NCBI GenBank assembly: GCA_963695555.1
Contig: CAVOGR010000005.1
Coordinates: 448,001 to 512,000 of the forward strand
Reading direction: 5' to 3'
DNA from: an uncultured Gemmatimonadales bacterium
GTDB taxonomy: Bacteria > Gemmatimonadota > Gemmatimonadetes > Gemmatimonadales > GWC2-71-9
DNA length: 64,000 bases
Below, in pieces: positions 21,560 to 32,052 of this stretch. How positions within the stretch are numbered: position 1 is the first letter of the stretch; every line of letters begins with the position of its first letter. The position numbers and the translations under genes were made by a program. Under the pieces are notes generated by a model that saw only the letters and a program-made list of their open reading frames with translations, searched no databases and had not been told where the DNA came from.

Positions 21560-22383
21560 ATGCGCGACGACCGCAGCCCGCCCGATCTGCCGGAATCTGG
21601 CGTTGCCCGGCTTCTGGCGATCATGTCGCGGCTGCGGGACCCCGACCGCGGTTGTCCCTGGGACGTCGTACAGGACTTCGACACGATCGCGCCCTACACG
21701 ATCGAGGAGGCCCACGAGGTGGCCGACGCGATCGCGCGGCGGGACATGGGGGGCTTGCGCGACGAGCTGGGCGATCTGCTGCTCCAGGTCGTCTACCACG
21801 CACAGATGGCCTCGGAGGCGGGGGACTTCGGGTTCGACGACGTGGTGGCGGGGATATCTCGGAGAAGATGGTGCGGCGGCATCCGCATGTCTTCGGGGAT
21901 GCCTCGCGCGACAAGAGTGCCGCCGATCAGACCCGCGACTGGGAGGCGATCAAGGCGGCGGAGCGGGCGGGGCGTGACGGCAGCGCGAGCGCGCTCGACG
22001 GGGTGATCGAGGGGCTGCCGGCGCTGACGCGGGCGGTGAAGCTGCAGAACCGGGCAGCGCGGGTCGGGTTCGACTGGCCGGACGCAGGCGCGGTGCTCGA
22101 CAAGATCGCCGAGGAGACGGCGGAGCTGGTCGAGGCGCGGGACGCAGGCGATGCGGGGGCGCTGGCCGAGGAATACGGCGACCTGATGTTCGTGATGGCG
22201 AACCTGGCGCGGCATCTGGGGATCGATCCGGAGGCGGCGCTGCGGAGGGCCAATGCCAAGTTCACCCGGCGGTTCCGGGGGGTCGAGGCGGCGCTGGCCG
22301 CGGAGGGGCGGCGGCCGGAGGGTGCCACGCTGGCCGAGATGGATGCGCTCTGGGATGCGGTGAAACGGGACGAAAAGAAGTAG
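21560..22383 (+). CDS. mazG: Nucleoside triphosphate pyrophosphohydrolase MazG; frameshift near 21855
   Basis: RLRDPDRGCPWD, DELGDLLLQVVYHAQ, then KMVRRHPHVFG, RAARVGFDW, EEYGDLMF. Confidence 0.93.
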
Positions 22384-22400
22384 GCCCGCGCAGGATAACC

Positions 22401-22470
22401 AGTGCGGAGATTTTTCAAATAGTTGAAAAACAACGATAATCGTGGTTAATCGAGAGTTAACGGCACGCCC
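22401..22470. repeat. AT-rich dispersed intergenic element, copy 1, with perfect CtrA box at 22446-22461
   Basis: TTAA-TCGAGAG-TTAAC; 8-bp inverted repeat TTTTTCAA-ATAG-TTGAAAAA (22411-22430); aligns without gaps to 39474-39537. Confidence 0.65.
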
Positions 22471-22482
22471 GCGGGCCTCGGA

Positions 22483-22824
22483 TCAGGGCCGCGCGCAGAA
22501 GATGGCGTGCAGCGCCGTGACCAGCTGCTGCACCCGATCGTCCCCGATCGAATAGTAGATCGCCTTGCCCTCGCGGCGGCTGGTGACCAGGCCCTCGAGC
22601 CGCAGGCGGGCGAGTTGTTGGGAAACGGCCGCCTGGCGCGCACCGATCAGGTCCTCGAGCTCGCTGACCGATTTCTCGCCCTCGACGAGGTGGCAGAGGA
22701 TCATCAGCCGGCCCTCGTGGGCGAGCGCCTTCATCAGGTCGGAGGCGGCCCGCGCCTGTGCGGCCATGCCGCTCGCATCGGGTCCGCGCATCTCCGGCTC
22801 GGCAAGGATTGCATCGGTCGTCAT
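22483..22824 (-). CDS. ArsR/SmtB family regulator, BigR/SqrR-like
   Basis: LMKALAHEGRLMILCHL, VSQQLARLR, C-terminal IFC: the two-cysteine pattern of persulfide sensors. Confidence 0.85.
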   Translation of the reverse strand: MTTDAILAEPEMRGPDASGMAAQARAASDLMKALAHEGRLMILCHLVEGEKSVSELEDLIGARQAAVSQQLARLRLEGLVTSRREGKAIYYSIGDDRVQQLVTALHAIFCARP

Positions 22825-22861
22825 CGACAAACGCCCTCTACGGCGATCATATCGGGACACT

Positions 22862-22883
22862 CATATAGAGAAAGTCGAAGATG
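22862..22883. promoter_or_regulatory. Candidate autoregulatory operator of the ArsR-type regulator
   Basis: CATATAG-N8-GAAGATG, an imperfect palindrome resembling the ATTC-N8-GAAT SqrR/BigR-type box, ~40 bp upstream of the start. Confidence 0.4.
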
Positions 22884-22904
22884 ATGGAAAGCCCCCTGTC
22901 GCGG

Positions 22905-23066
22905 CTACGGACAGAACCCCGGGCCTTCCTGGCGACGTAGCCAGTGCGCGGCAGCCGGTATCGCGGCCACGGCCTCCACACCCTCGCCTGCCGCGAGATC
23001 CGCACGTGCCGGGAGCGGCGCGAGCAGCGCCAGAAGCGCGATGCCCGCCAGAAGATGTCCAGCCAC
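22905..23066 (-). CDS. Small signal-peptide-bearing ORF (53 aa) or gene remnant
   Basis: Strong RBS AGGAGGGG before GTG; MAGHLLAGIALLALLAPLPARA has an AxA cleavage site. Confidence 0.35.
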   Translation of the reverse strand: MAGHLLAGIALLALLAPLPARADLAAGEGVEAVAAIPAAAHWLRRQEGPGFCP

Positions 23067-23155
23067 GGCCTCCCCTCCTGTCGCTGGTGGTCCTCGTGAT
23101 GAGCCTGCGACCGATACGGTCGCCGCGATAACGCGCGCACCCGATCGGGATCGCG

Positions 23156-26026
23156 TCAGCCGCAGGCGCCCACATGGCCGCAGGCGGTGCAGAAGTCGCA
23201 GCCGTCGCGGCGGATCAGGGTGGGGTGGCCGCATTCGGGGCAGGTGCGACCGGGCAGCACGGCTTGTCCGGGGGCGCCGGGCGCGGGGGCGTCGCTCCAG
23301 AGCACCGTGCCGCCGGCGACCGGATAGCCGCCGGCGTCGAGCACGCCGAGCATCTGGTACCGGTGGATCAGCAGCCGTGCGACATAGGCGATGGTCGAGG
23401 GCTGCACCGCCTGTTTCTCGCTGCCCGGCACGCGGGCGAAGAAGTCGCCCTGCGCCTCGGGCAGGTCCTTCAGGCCGCGCAGCTTCTTGCCGATCCAGGC
23501 GGGGTCGATGACGCGCATATCAAGGCTCAGCGACTTCGTGAGGCCGTTGAACTCCAGCGGATAAGCGCCCGACAGCCATACGGAAAACGGGCGCTTGGTG
23601 CCGTCGGGCAGTACGCATTCCTTCACGAACATCGCGAAGTCGTCGCCGGTGGTGGGGTTGAGGATGTCAACCGTCCAACTCAGCGTGCCATCGGCGCCGG
23701 ACTTCGGCTCCTTGCGCGAGAAGAGCGCATCGACCAGCGGTGTGCCGCCCTCCGGCCCGTCGAAGACGCCGAGCGCCGTGCAGCGGTATTCCAGCACCTT
23801 GGCGAAGGCGCTGACGGCACCCGCCACCGGCACTAGCCGGCCGTCGGGAGGCATTGCCATCTCGAATGGGGCGCCGGGGGTCTTGGCGAGGCTGTCGAGC
23901 TTCATCTTCAGCCAGCCGCGGTCCTGGGCGCGCAGGTCCATCGACATGTTCTTGGCCAGCGCGCCGAGGCCGCGCGGGGCTTCCTCGCCGTTCACCCAGA
24001 CCTCGAAGGGCTGGGCGGTGCCGTTCTCGACATGGCCCACGAAGACCGCGAAGCGGCGGCCGGGCGCCTCGACCATGTAGGTCCACGACGGCGAGCCCGG
24101 CCGTGAGCTTCGGCCGGTGCGGCCAGCGCAGGGCGGCGAGCGCCACCTGCGGCGCGCCCGTGATGCGGATGCGGCGGTCGGGCTCGGACTGGTCGAGGTC
24201 CTGCGGCGGGGTCTCGACCGAGAGGACCGAGCCGAGCACGCTGTTGGGGCGGTAGGTGGTGATACCCTTCAGGCCGGCCTTCCAGGCCTCGAGGTAGAGG
24301 GTCTCGAACTCCTCGAACGGATAGTCCTCGGGAACGTTCACGGTCTTGGAGATCGCCTGGTCGATGAAGGGCTGGATGGCCGCCTGCATCGCCATGTGGT
24401 CGCGCGCGCCGATCTCCAGCGCGTTGACGAAGGCGGCGGCAGCGCAGCGGTATTGCCGCCGCGCGCCTTCCAAAGCCGCCAGGCATGGTCCTCGACGGTG
24501 TATTCGCGCATGCTCGCCGTCGGGTTCGCGCTTCTTGCGGGTGTAGTGCCAGGAATAGGCCGGCTCGATGCCGTTCGAGGCGTTGTCGGCGAAGGCGAGG
24601 CTGATGGTGCCGGTGGGGGCGATGGACAAGCAGGTGGCTGTTGCGAAGGCCATCCCCGGCGATCTGGGTGCGGATGTCGTCGGGCAGGCGTCTTGCCATG
24701 CCGGAGTCGAGGAGTTTGTCCGCATCGAGGAACGGGAAGCTGCCCTTCTCGCGGGCCAGCGCCACCGAGGCGCGGTAGGCGGCGTCGCGCAGGCGGCGGG
24801 CGAGGCCGGTGGCGGCGTCGCGACCCTCGGCGCTGTCGTAGCGCAGGCCCATCAGGATCAGCGTGTCGCCGAGACCGGTGAAGCCGAGGCCGATGCGCCG
24901 CTTGGAGGCGGCCTCCGCCGCCTGCTGGGGTAGCGGCCAGACAGTGGCGTCGAGCACGTTGTCGAGCATGCGCACGGCCACGGCCACGGTTGCCTCGAAG
25001 CCGTCATGGTCGAAGCCGGGGGTCTCGGAGAAGGGTCCGGTGACGAATCGCGTCAGGTCGATCGAGCCGAGGCAGCAGCAGCCGTGGTCGGGGATGGGGA
25101 TCTCGCCGCAGGGGTTGGTGGCCTCGATCCGCTCGCAGTAGGCGAGGTTGTTCTCGGCGTTGATGCGGTCGAGGAACAGCACGCCCGGCTCGGCGGCGTC
25201 ATAGGTGTTGCGCATGATCGTGCGCCAGAGTTCGCGCGCGCGGATCGTGGCATAGACCCAGAGGCCGTCCGCCCGCTGGTGCGCGCCCGCCGCGACCTGC
25301 ACCGGAGCCGGCTGGGCCTTGTGGACCAGCTCGAAGGTGCCGTCGGCCTCGACCGCCGCCATGAAGGCATCGGTGACGCCGACGGAGATGTTGAAGTTGT
25401 TGAGCCTCGCCCGCCTGGCGCTTGGCAGAGACGAACTCCATCACGTCCGGGTGGTCGCAGCGCAGCACGCCCATCTGCGCGCCGCGCCGCGAGCCCGCGC
25501 TCTCGACGGTGGCGCAGGACTGGTCGAAGACATGCATGTAGCTGATCGGGCCGGAGGCGGCGCTGTCGGTGCCGTGGACGCGGGCGCCGCGGGGCCGGAT
25601 GGCCGAGAAGTCGTAGCCGACCCCGCCGCCGCGGCGCATGGTCTCGGCGGCCTCGCGGAGTGCGATGTAAATCCCGGGCTTGCCGTCCACGGTTTCGGAG
25701 ATCGAATCGCCCACCGGCTGCACGAAGCAGTTGATCAGGGTTACCTCCTCGATCCCGGCCCCTGCCGCAGAATTGATCCGCCCGCCGGGGATGAAGCCGT
25801 CCTCCAGCGCCTTGAGGAACACCGGTTCCCAGGCCGCCGGGTCGGCCTCGACTGCCGCCAGCGCGCGGGCCACGCGGCGGCGCACGGCGCGGGCCATGTC
25901 GGGGCCGTCGAGGTCGCGTTCCGCGCCCTTGGCGTACTTTTCGCGCAGGACGTCGAGGCTCACCTCCTGCCAGGGCAGGGCGATGGCGGTGTCCTCGCCG
26001 AAGTCCCGGCTGTCGGGTTTGTTCAT
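23156..26026 (-). CDS. nrdJ: Adenosylcobalamin-dependent (class II) ribonucleotide reductase with C-terminal TSCPD-like extension and Zn-ribbon; frameshifted
   Basis: [80 protein letters not shown]; terminal CPECG...CDFCTACG. Confidence 0.93.
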
Positions 26027-26120
26027 CGGGCAGACGCCTCTGGGGATGCGGATGACCTTTGAATGTAGGCGCCCGGTCCTGCAGGGTCAATCGCGCGACG
26101 ATCTGGACGATGGGTAAAAT

Positions 26121-26136
26121 CCGGCATATGTTGTGG
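26121..26136. promoter_or_regulatory. Candidate NrdR box
   Basis: CCGGCATATGTTGTGG has one strong half of the acaCwAtATaTwGtg NrdR consensus, ~95 bp upstream of nrdJ. Confidence 0.45.
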
Positions 26137-26167
26137 AGCAGGGATCATCAGACAGCAAGCGGTGGAC

Positions 26168-26602
26168 ATGGCGGCATTGCATCTCCTCAAGCTTTGCGTG
26201 GGGGCGGACGGGGTGGAGGACCTCGTCGAGTGGCAGGCGGAGCGCATCGCCGAAGCGCGGGCGGCCGGGCAGGACGCGCGTCCCGCGCATGTCACCCGCA
26301 TGTGGCCGCGGCGCGAGGCGGAGCTTCTGGACGGAGGCTCGCTCTACTGGGTGTTCAAGGGGCTGGTGCTGGCACGCCAACGCATCCTGGGGCTGGAGCC
26401 GCGGAGGGGGGCCGACGGGATCGAACGCTGCGCGATCCGGCTCGATGCGGACGTGGTGCAGACCCATCCGCAGCCGCGGCGGCCCTTCCAGGGCTGGCGG
26501 TATCTGCGGGACGAGGATGCACCGCGCGATCTCATGGCTCGCGGTGCCGCCGGCCTGCCGCCGGGCCTTGCGGCCGGGCTCGGCCTGGTCGGGGTGCTCT
26601 GA
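26168..26602 (+). CDS. DUF1489 family protein
   Basis: LHLLKLCVG, HVTRMWPRR, GGSLYWV, RPFQGWRYL. Confidence 0.9.
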   Translation: MAALHLLKLCVGADGVEDLVEWQAERIAEARAAGQDARPAHVTRMWPRREAELLDGGSLYWVFKGLVLARQRILGLEPRRGADGIERCAIRLDADVVQTHPQPRRPFQGWRYLRDEDAPRDLMARGAAGLPPGLAAGLGLVGVL

Positions 26603-26603
26603 G

Positions 26604-27041
26604 ATGCGGCGGGTTCTCGCGGCCGTGCTGTCCGCCGCGCTGGGTACGGCGGTACCGGCGGCAGCCGATTACAACTGGAACGATCTGGCCGCCGAGTTCT
26701 GCCGCCTGACGCTGACCGGCGACCTGCCGGCGCTGCGGCCGCTCATCTCCGACGAGCTTGCCGCCGACATCGCCGCTGCCAGCGCCAACCCAGCGATGCC
26801 GCCTGCCCGCGTACTCTTCCAGACCTACGCCAACGAGGTGCCGGTCTGCCAGGTGCGCACCCGCAACGCCGCCATCGTCGAGGTCCGCCGCAGCAACCCC
26901 GGGGGCGCGGCGCCGGCCTGGACCGAGTACCTGGTCATCGTGCCCGAGCGCGACGGGACCACGCGGATCGACGATGTGCTCTTCGCCACCCGCCGCAGTG
27001 ACACGCTGCGCGCCCGCCTCTACAGCTACGCCGGGCGCTAG
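26604..27041 (+). CDS. Hypothetical secreted protein
   Basis: Signal peptide MRRVLAAVLSAALGTAVPAAA; starts immediately after the DUF1489 stop. Confidence 0.65.
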   Translation: MRRVLAAVLSAALGTAVPAAADYNWNDLAAEFCRLTLTGDLPALRPLISDELAADIAAASANPAMPPARVLFQTYANEVPVCQVRTRNAAIVEVRRSNPGGAAPAWTEYLVIVPERDGTTRIDDVLFATRRSDTLRARLYSYAGR

Positions 27042-27104
27042 GGCGGTTGAACAGCGGAGCGGCGGGTGATTTACCGGAAGGCCAGACATCTAGCGAGCAG
27101 AACC

Positions 27105-27845
27105 ATGAAGATCGGCATCCTGGAGACCGGCGAGGTCAGCCCGGACCTGAAGGCACGGCACGGCGACTACCCGGCGATGTTCGAGACCATGCTCGGTGCC
27201 GCCGACCCGGGCCTCGAGTTCGTCACCGTGCGGGTGGTGGCTGGTGAGATGCCGCGCGCACCTGGCGAGGCAGACGCCTGGCTCGTCACCGGCTCGCGGC
27301 ACGGGGTCTATGACGGGCTGCCCTGGATCGAGCCGCTCAAGGCCTTCCTGCGCGCCTGCCTGGCCGCAAGGGTGCCGGTGGTGGGCATCTGCTTCGGTCA
27401 CCAGATCCTCGCGGAGGCGCTGGGGGGGCGGGTGGAGAAGTCGGACAAGGGCTGGGGACTGGGCGTGCAGGACTACGAGCTGGTTGCCCGCCCCGGCTGG
27501 ATGACCGATCTGCCGGACCATTTCGCGGTGCGCGCCCTGCATCAGGACCAGGTGGTCACGCTGCCGCCCGACGCCACCGTGCTGGCCCGCTCGGCGCATT
27601 GCGACTATGCGGCCCTGGCCTACGGCGACCCCGAGGCGCCCGAGGCGATCTCGCTGCAGCCGCATCCCGAGTTCGGCGCCGCGTTCATGGACGACCTGAT
27701 CGCGCTCCGCACCGGGACGGTGCTGGCCGAGGACGCGGCCGCCGAGGCGCGGGCGGGTCTGGCGCGCGAGGTCCACAGCGACAACTGGGCGCGGCTGATC
27801 GTGGGCTACCTGCATCGCATGGAGGCCATCCGCGCGGCGGCCTAG
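27105..27845 (+). CDS. Type 1 glutamine amidotransferase
   Basis: MKIGILETG, VGICFGHQ (nucleophile Cys), QPHPEF (His-x-Glu). Confidence 0.92.
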   Translation: MKIGILETGEVSPDLKARHGDYPAMFETMLGAADPGLEFVTVRVVAGEMPRAPGEADAWLVTGSRHGVYDGLPWIEPLKAFLRACLAARVPVVGICFGHQILAEALGGRVEKSDKGWGLGVQDYELVARPGWMTDLPDHFAVRALHQDQVVTLPPDATVLARSAHCDYAALAYGDPEAPEAISLQPHPEFGAAFMDDLIALRTGTVLAEDAAAEARAGLAREVHSDNWARLIVGYLHRMEAIRAAA

Positions 27846-27850
27846 GCTTC

Positions 27851-28465
27851 TTAGGTCCGCGCCTTACCGACAATAGTGTTGCGGAGCACAGCTAGAGCAA
27901 CCAGAAAGAACCCCGCGCCGACCGCCAGCCAGTAGCCTAATTTCAGAGCCCCGGTGAACCTGGTGTTACCACCTGTCATGGGATTGGGAACTACCGAAGT
28001 TCCAAGAAAGCTGACACCGCCGCCTCCGGCCCTCAGGTGAGCGATAACGAGAGCAGTTCCGACGGCGATCAGGTATGAGAGGCCAACGATCCCAATCAGC
28101 ACCTGGGGTAGCGAGAGCTTGAACCGGCCCAGTGTGATCCGTTTCTCCACGAAAAGGCTTACTGCCAGCGCCAACATACATATCCCCAAATACAACCACA
28201 TGAGGGGGGCAAAGAACGCCGGCATGGAATAGAGGGAGCTATTGGCGTAGGTTCTGATTTCGGGCGCAGCTATCTCAACCCCCCAGGGGCGCAATAGGAT
28301 GTGATCGGCGCCTGACAGGTCGCTGATACGGGCTCCCCACCACGGGCTGAACCACGAGAACAACATGAGACCGGCAGCACCGACGACCAGGGCACGGAAA
28401 AGCCACAGCCTGAGACTACTCTGAGTGGTGCCTGTCGCCTGCGCCGCTGCCATGAGATCCTCCAT
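27851..28465 (-). CDS. Hypothetical membrane protein (~4 TM)
   Basis: 204-aa hydrophobic ORF, SWFSPWW and LRPWG motifs, lower-GC codon usage. Confidence 0.75.
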   Translation of the reverse strand: MEDLMAAAQATGTTQSSLRLWLFRALVVGAAGLMLFSWFSPWWGARISDLSGADHILLRPWGVEIAAPEIRTYANSSLYSMPAFFAPLMWLYLGICMLALAVSLFVEKRITLGRFKLSLPQVLIGIVGLSYLIAVGTALVIAHLRAGGGGVSFLGTSVVPNPMTGGNTRFTGALKLGYWLAVGAGFFLVALAVLRNTIVGKART

Positions 28466-28638
28466 TCGCCGGGCCTGCCCAGCTCTCCTGGGACAAAAAA
28501 TGCGTTATACCTTGGCTACACGCAGTCGACACTGAACCAACTGCCGCCGCACAAGACCTGACCGGAGCGGTCAAGTGATCTGAACCAGACAGGACCCTTC
28601 GTTGCTCAACCACCAAATCTCAACCACAGGCGCTGACA

Positions 28639-29587
28639 TCAGGTTGCGTAGTGCGAAACAGGATCGTCGGGAGGATCCGGTGCAAGCTCTGCCCTGACGG
28701 TGATGCGCTCCGTCACCTCGACGGTCCTCGCGGTGGCTGCGTACTTGGTCCCGGCAACGAGCAGCTTGTAGGTCCCTTTGACGACCTTGAGCGTCGCCAC
28801 GCCGTTTTCGCCAGTGAAAGCCCGGTAGGGTTGCATGACAACTCGGGCGTTGCTGATCGGGGTCTGATTTGCAGCGTCGAATGCCTCCACGGTTACTTCG
28901 CAATCAGGCGGGTCCACGACCTGAACAGCGAAGGCGAGCGCGCCGGCGGAATGGGGGATCCCTGAACCCGCCGGGGGGATCCTGAGCCTCCCACGTCTGG
29001 TGGCCGGCGGCGAGTGGTGCCTGGCCTTCCACCTCGGCGAAGAAGAGCGTGCTGGTGCCCGGCCAGACCTCATCCTTCAGGGTTCCGGCAACCACCTGGA
29101 TCCCCTCGCCGTTGACGATGCTCACCTCCCTGCCGGCAAGATTGCAGCCGCACGAGCATTTGATGCCGACCTTTAGGGTGAAACGTTCGCCGCCGACGAT
29201 CGCCGTCGGCAGGCCCCAGACGGTCAGCCGCATCGCGTGCGCCTTCACCACGAACGCGAACTCGGTCGAGACCTCGTCGTGCGGGGTGCCGGCCTGCTCC
29301 GGGGTTATGAGAACGGCCCGCAGCACATGCTCTCCCTCCGTCAGGGGCGCATCGAGCGGGATCTGGTCGGTGACGTAGATCTGGCCCTCGGACTTCGTCA
29401 GCTCGGCGAATGCCAGCTCGTCTTCGTCCAGATTCCGGATGGAGACGCCGAGATCGCCGTGGTCGCGTCCGGGTGGAACCGCGACCTGGCATCTCACGGT
29501 GAACTCGGCCCCGGCATCCACCTCCGGGGGCGAGATCTCGACGAACCATGGGGATAGTTCAGTAGGGGTATCGATTTCCGCAGTCAC
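28639..29587 (-). CDS. Hypothetical beta-sandwich protein with C-terminal carboxypeptidase-regulatory-like domain; frameshift near 28990
   Basis: ORF 28904..29587 (with KCSCGC) continues in ORF 28639..29073 (TPISNARVV...TGENGVATL...GTYKLLV..TKY). Confidence 0.7.
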
Positions 29588-29669
29588 AGAACCAGCTCAA
29601 TTCTTGCGCGTACATGAATGCCGGTGGGTCATGCGACCCACCGGAACCGTTCAGACGATCGCCAGCGAT

Positions 29670-31763
29670 TCAAACCCCTTCCTGGGCGATGTTCGTGCCG
29701 GCGATGAAGCCGGTGACGTGGGCCCTGGCAAGACCGTGCTGGTTGCCGCTGCCGCTGGCCTCGCCCCCGGTATAGAGGCCGGGGATCACCTGGCCCTCCA
29801 TGTCGAGGACCTGGGCCTTTTCGTTGGTCCGCAGACCACCGTAGGAGTCATGCCAGACCACCATGAGCGACGCCGCGTAGAAGGGCGGCGTATTGATCTG
29901 GTGCATCGGCGCATCGGCCCCGCGCCCGAACTCTTCGTCCGTGCCGGCGGCCGCGGCGGTGTTCCAGTTCTGCACCGTCTCAGCAAGGTACGTCAGCGGA
30001 ACCCTCTGGAACTCGTGGCCGGCCTCGATCTGCGCGACCAGGTCCTCGATGGTGTCGGCAACGAAGAAGTAGCCGTTCTCGAGCGAGGTGAAGGGCGGAT
30101 CGATGTTCCACCCGTCACGTTCCACCGCGGCGCTGTCGAAGATCGCCCACAGCGGGCCGGAGTAGTAGTCCGGAGCGGTGGAGCCCTCGTTCATCGCCAG
30201 CGCGGCATCGACGCCGGCGTACCGGTCGTAGATCTGCCGAACGAAAGCGGGGTCGCAGTTGCGCCAGTCGAGCGGCACATGTGCGACACCGGTGTTCGGC
30301 GTGCCGGAGGCAGGCCCGCCGGGAAACCAAGACAGGCCTATGCGCTTGGTCAGATTGATTTCGTTGTAGAACCTCTTCCCGACCTGGTTGACGGCGATCA
30401 GGTGCTCGAAGGAATTGGTGCCGAAGAGCGCGATCCCCGTCGATTTCCTCGACGAGAACGTCGGGTGTCCGGGAAGCTCGCCGCTGTAGGCGTCCCGGGT
30501 CGCGAGCCTTTGCGGAATATGGTAGGTGATCGGTATCGCAAGGTTCTGCTGCATTCCGGACAAGGTGGCGCCGGCCCTGATGCCCGCGATGATCCCGCTC
30601 GCATCTTGACCGCGAGGCCCGAGCACAGCCCAGGTGCTCGCCGGGAAGGCCGGCTCCCGCATCGCAGGATAGAACATGCTGCGGTACTGCGGATTGCCCG
30701 AGTGTCCGCCCGTGGCGATCATCACCCCCTTGAGGGCCCGCACGGTGATGGTCTCCCGCGTTTCCTCGACGTTGCCGTTGTTCCACAGGCTCTGGAGCTG
30801 CTCGCCGGTGTCCGGGTCATGGCGCGGCGAGTAGGAGGCCCTGATTCCCAACACCCGGCCCGAGAGCGGCTGCTCGCGGATCAGCGCGTCCATGTGGCGG
30901 TTGAGTATGAACTCGATGCCCTTTTCCCGCGCGCTGAACTCCAGGCACCTTGCCATGCAAGCGCCAGCACCCACGGTATCCGGCCCGGCCACGTCACTGG
31001 TATCGTTCAAAGGGATGGGGGCGAAGTGACTCGCGTGCACGTTCAGCGTGCCGGCATCCTCGCGGGTGATCGTTCCCGCCTTGATGTCGGTCACGGCGCC
31101 CAGCTTGAGGAAGGGACCGGCCTGCCGGGCGCGCGAGATGCCCGAATTAGGATTCGAGCCGCGGATCCGGGCAAAGCGAACGTAGTTGTCCATCATCAGC
31201 TGCCGTGCGCCAGAGGCATTCTCGGCCATCGCGCGCTGAATCGCACGCTCATTGTACCGGTATGGCGCCTGGGCCGCGGCGTCTATCACCGACCAGTCGG
31301 TCCATTCTGTGAAGAGGCGCTCCACATCGTCGGTCAACTCCTCCGCTGTATGCGGGGAAGGAACCGTGATGAATCCTTCGGGGTCGCTTTCGCCCGCAAG
31401 GTCGCGCAGCTGTATCGGGTCGCCGCCGCCGAGCGAGGTCTGCCCGCCGCTGTGAAGCATCTTGCCGCCGACATCGAAATTCCCTTCGATCACCAGCACA
31501 GACGCCCCGGCATCCCGGGCACGAATGGCACAGAGCAGACCCGAAGCCCCACCGCCGCAAACAACAACGTCGGCTTCATAGTCCCACTGGATGCCGTCGC
31601 TCGCCGGCGCGTCCTGCGCCTGCGCAACACTCGGACCGGCCAGAACGCCTGCGCCGACCGCTGCCGCAGCGCCCGTCCGGAAGAATTCACGCCGACTGAA
31701 GGCGCTCTCCTCAAGCGTCTCGATCTCTTTGACGGCGCCCGTCTTCTTTACGTTGTCGGTCAT
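29670..31763 (-). CDS. Tat-exported FAD-dependent oxidoreductase (FAD_binding_2; flavocytochrome c / KstD / TcuA superfamily)
   Basis: Tat motif SRREFF; DVVVCGGGASG; VMIATGG; VNQVGKRFYNE; GGLRTN...IPGLYTGGE. Confidence 0.85.
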   Translation of the reverse strand: MTDNVKKTGAVKEIETLEESAFSRREFFRTGAAAAVGAGVLAGPSVAQAQDAPASDGIQWDYEADVVVCGGGASGLLCAIRARDAGASVLVIEGNFDVGGKMLHSGGQTSLGGGDPIQLRDLAGESDPEGFITVPSPHTAEELTDDVERLFTEWTDWSVIDAAAQAPYRYNERAIQRAMAENASGARQLMMDNYVRFARIRGSNPNSGISRARQAGPFLKLGAVTDIKAGTITREDAGTLNVHASHFAPIPLNDTSDVAGPDTVGAGACMARCLEFSAREKGIEFILNRHMDALIREQPLSGRVLGIRASYSPRHDPDTGEQLQSLWNNGNVEETRETITVRALKGVMIATGGHSGNPQYRSMFYPAMREPAFPASTWAVLGPRGQDASGIIAGIRAGATLSGMQQNLAIPITYHIPQRLATRDAYSGELPGHPTFSSRKSTGIALFGTNSFEHLIAVNQVGKRFYNEINLTKRIGLSWFPGGPASGTPNTGVAHVPLDWRNCDPAFVRQIYDRYAGVDAALAMNEGSTAPDYYSGPLWAIFDSAAVERDGWNIDPPFTSLENGYFFVADTIEDLVAQIEAGHEFQRVPLTYLAETVQNWNTAAAAGTDEEFGRGADAPMHQINTPPFYAASLMVVWHDSYGGLRTNEKAQVLDMEGQVIPGLYTGGEASGSGNQHGLARAHVTGFIAGTNIAQEGV

Positions 31764-32052
31764 CGTTTCCTCACCCGGTTTTGTCTTCTGCGGAACCGCC
31801 CAACTGGCGAAACTCTTCCGGCGCCTTCAGTGCCGGATGTACGAAAGGGCGCAGGCCACTCGCGTGCGCGAACCCGTCGCCACCGATTTCTATGTCGGCG
31901 CGCGTGCTGAATGGCGCTGCACTAACGGAATAGCTCTTGCGCCGGCTGCGCTTTCCTCCCGTACGAACGTCAGTTTAGGAGCGACTGGTCGTCTGCGTCC
32001 AAGGCATATTCTGCCTGACACCAAGCTGATTTTTGCGGTAGCAGCCTCGGGA

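Noticed and set aside
8703..22383. CPBP/Abi protease, thermonuclease and MazG as an anti-phage island
   Set aside because: All look like ordinary housekeeping-type members with host-like composition, are not clustered, and MazG is the two-domain form.
23156..26026. Intein or intron in nrdJ
   Set aside because: Fragments join into a contiguous RNR; no splice-junction motifs or homing endonuclease seen.
26027..26167. Cobalamin riboswitch upstream of nrdJ
   Set aside because: The gap is short and I could not see the conserved GGGAA / GCCACTG B12-box elements.
29439..31910. Long antisense or alternate-frame ORFs (e.g. 29439..31910 +, 16241..17887 +, 59896..62181 +, 47086..48600 +)
   Set aside because: Shadow ORFs expected at high GC opposite well-supported genes; no recognisable motifs.
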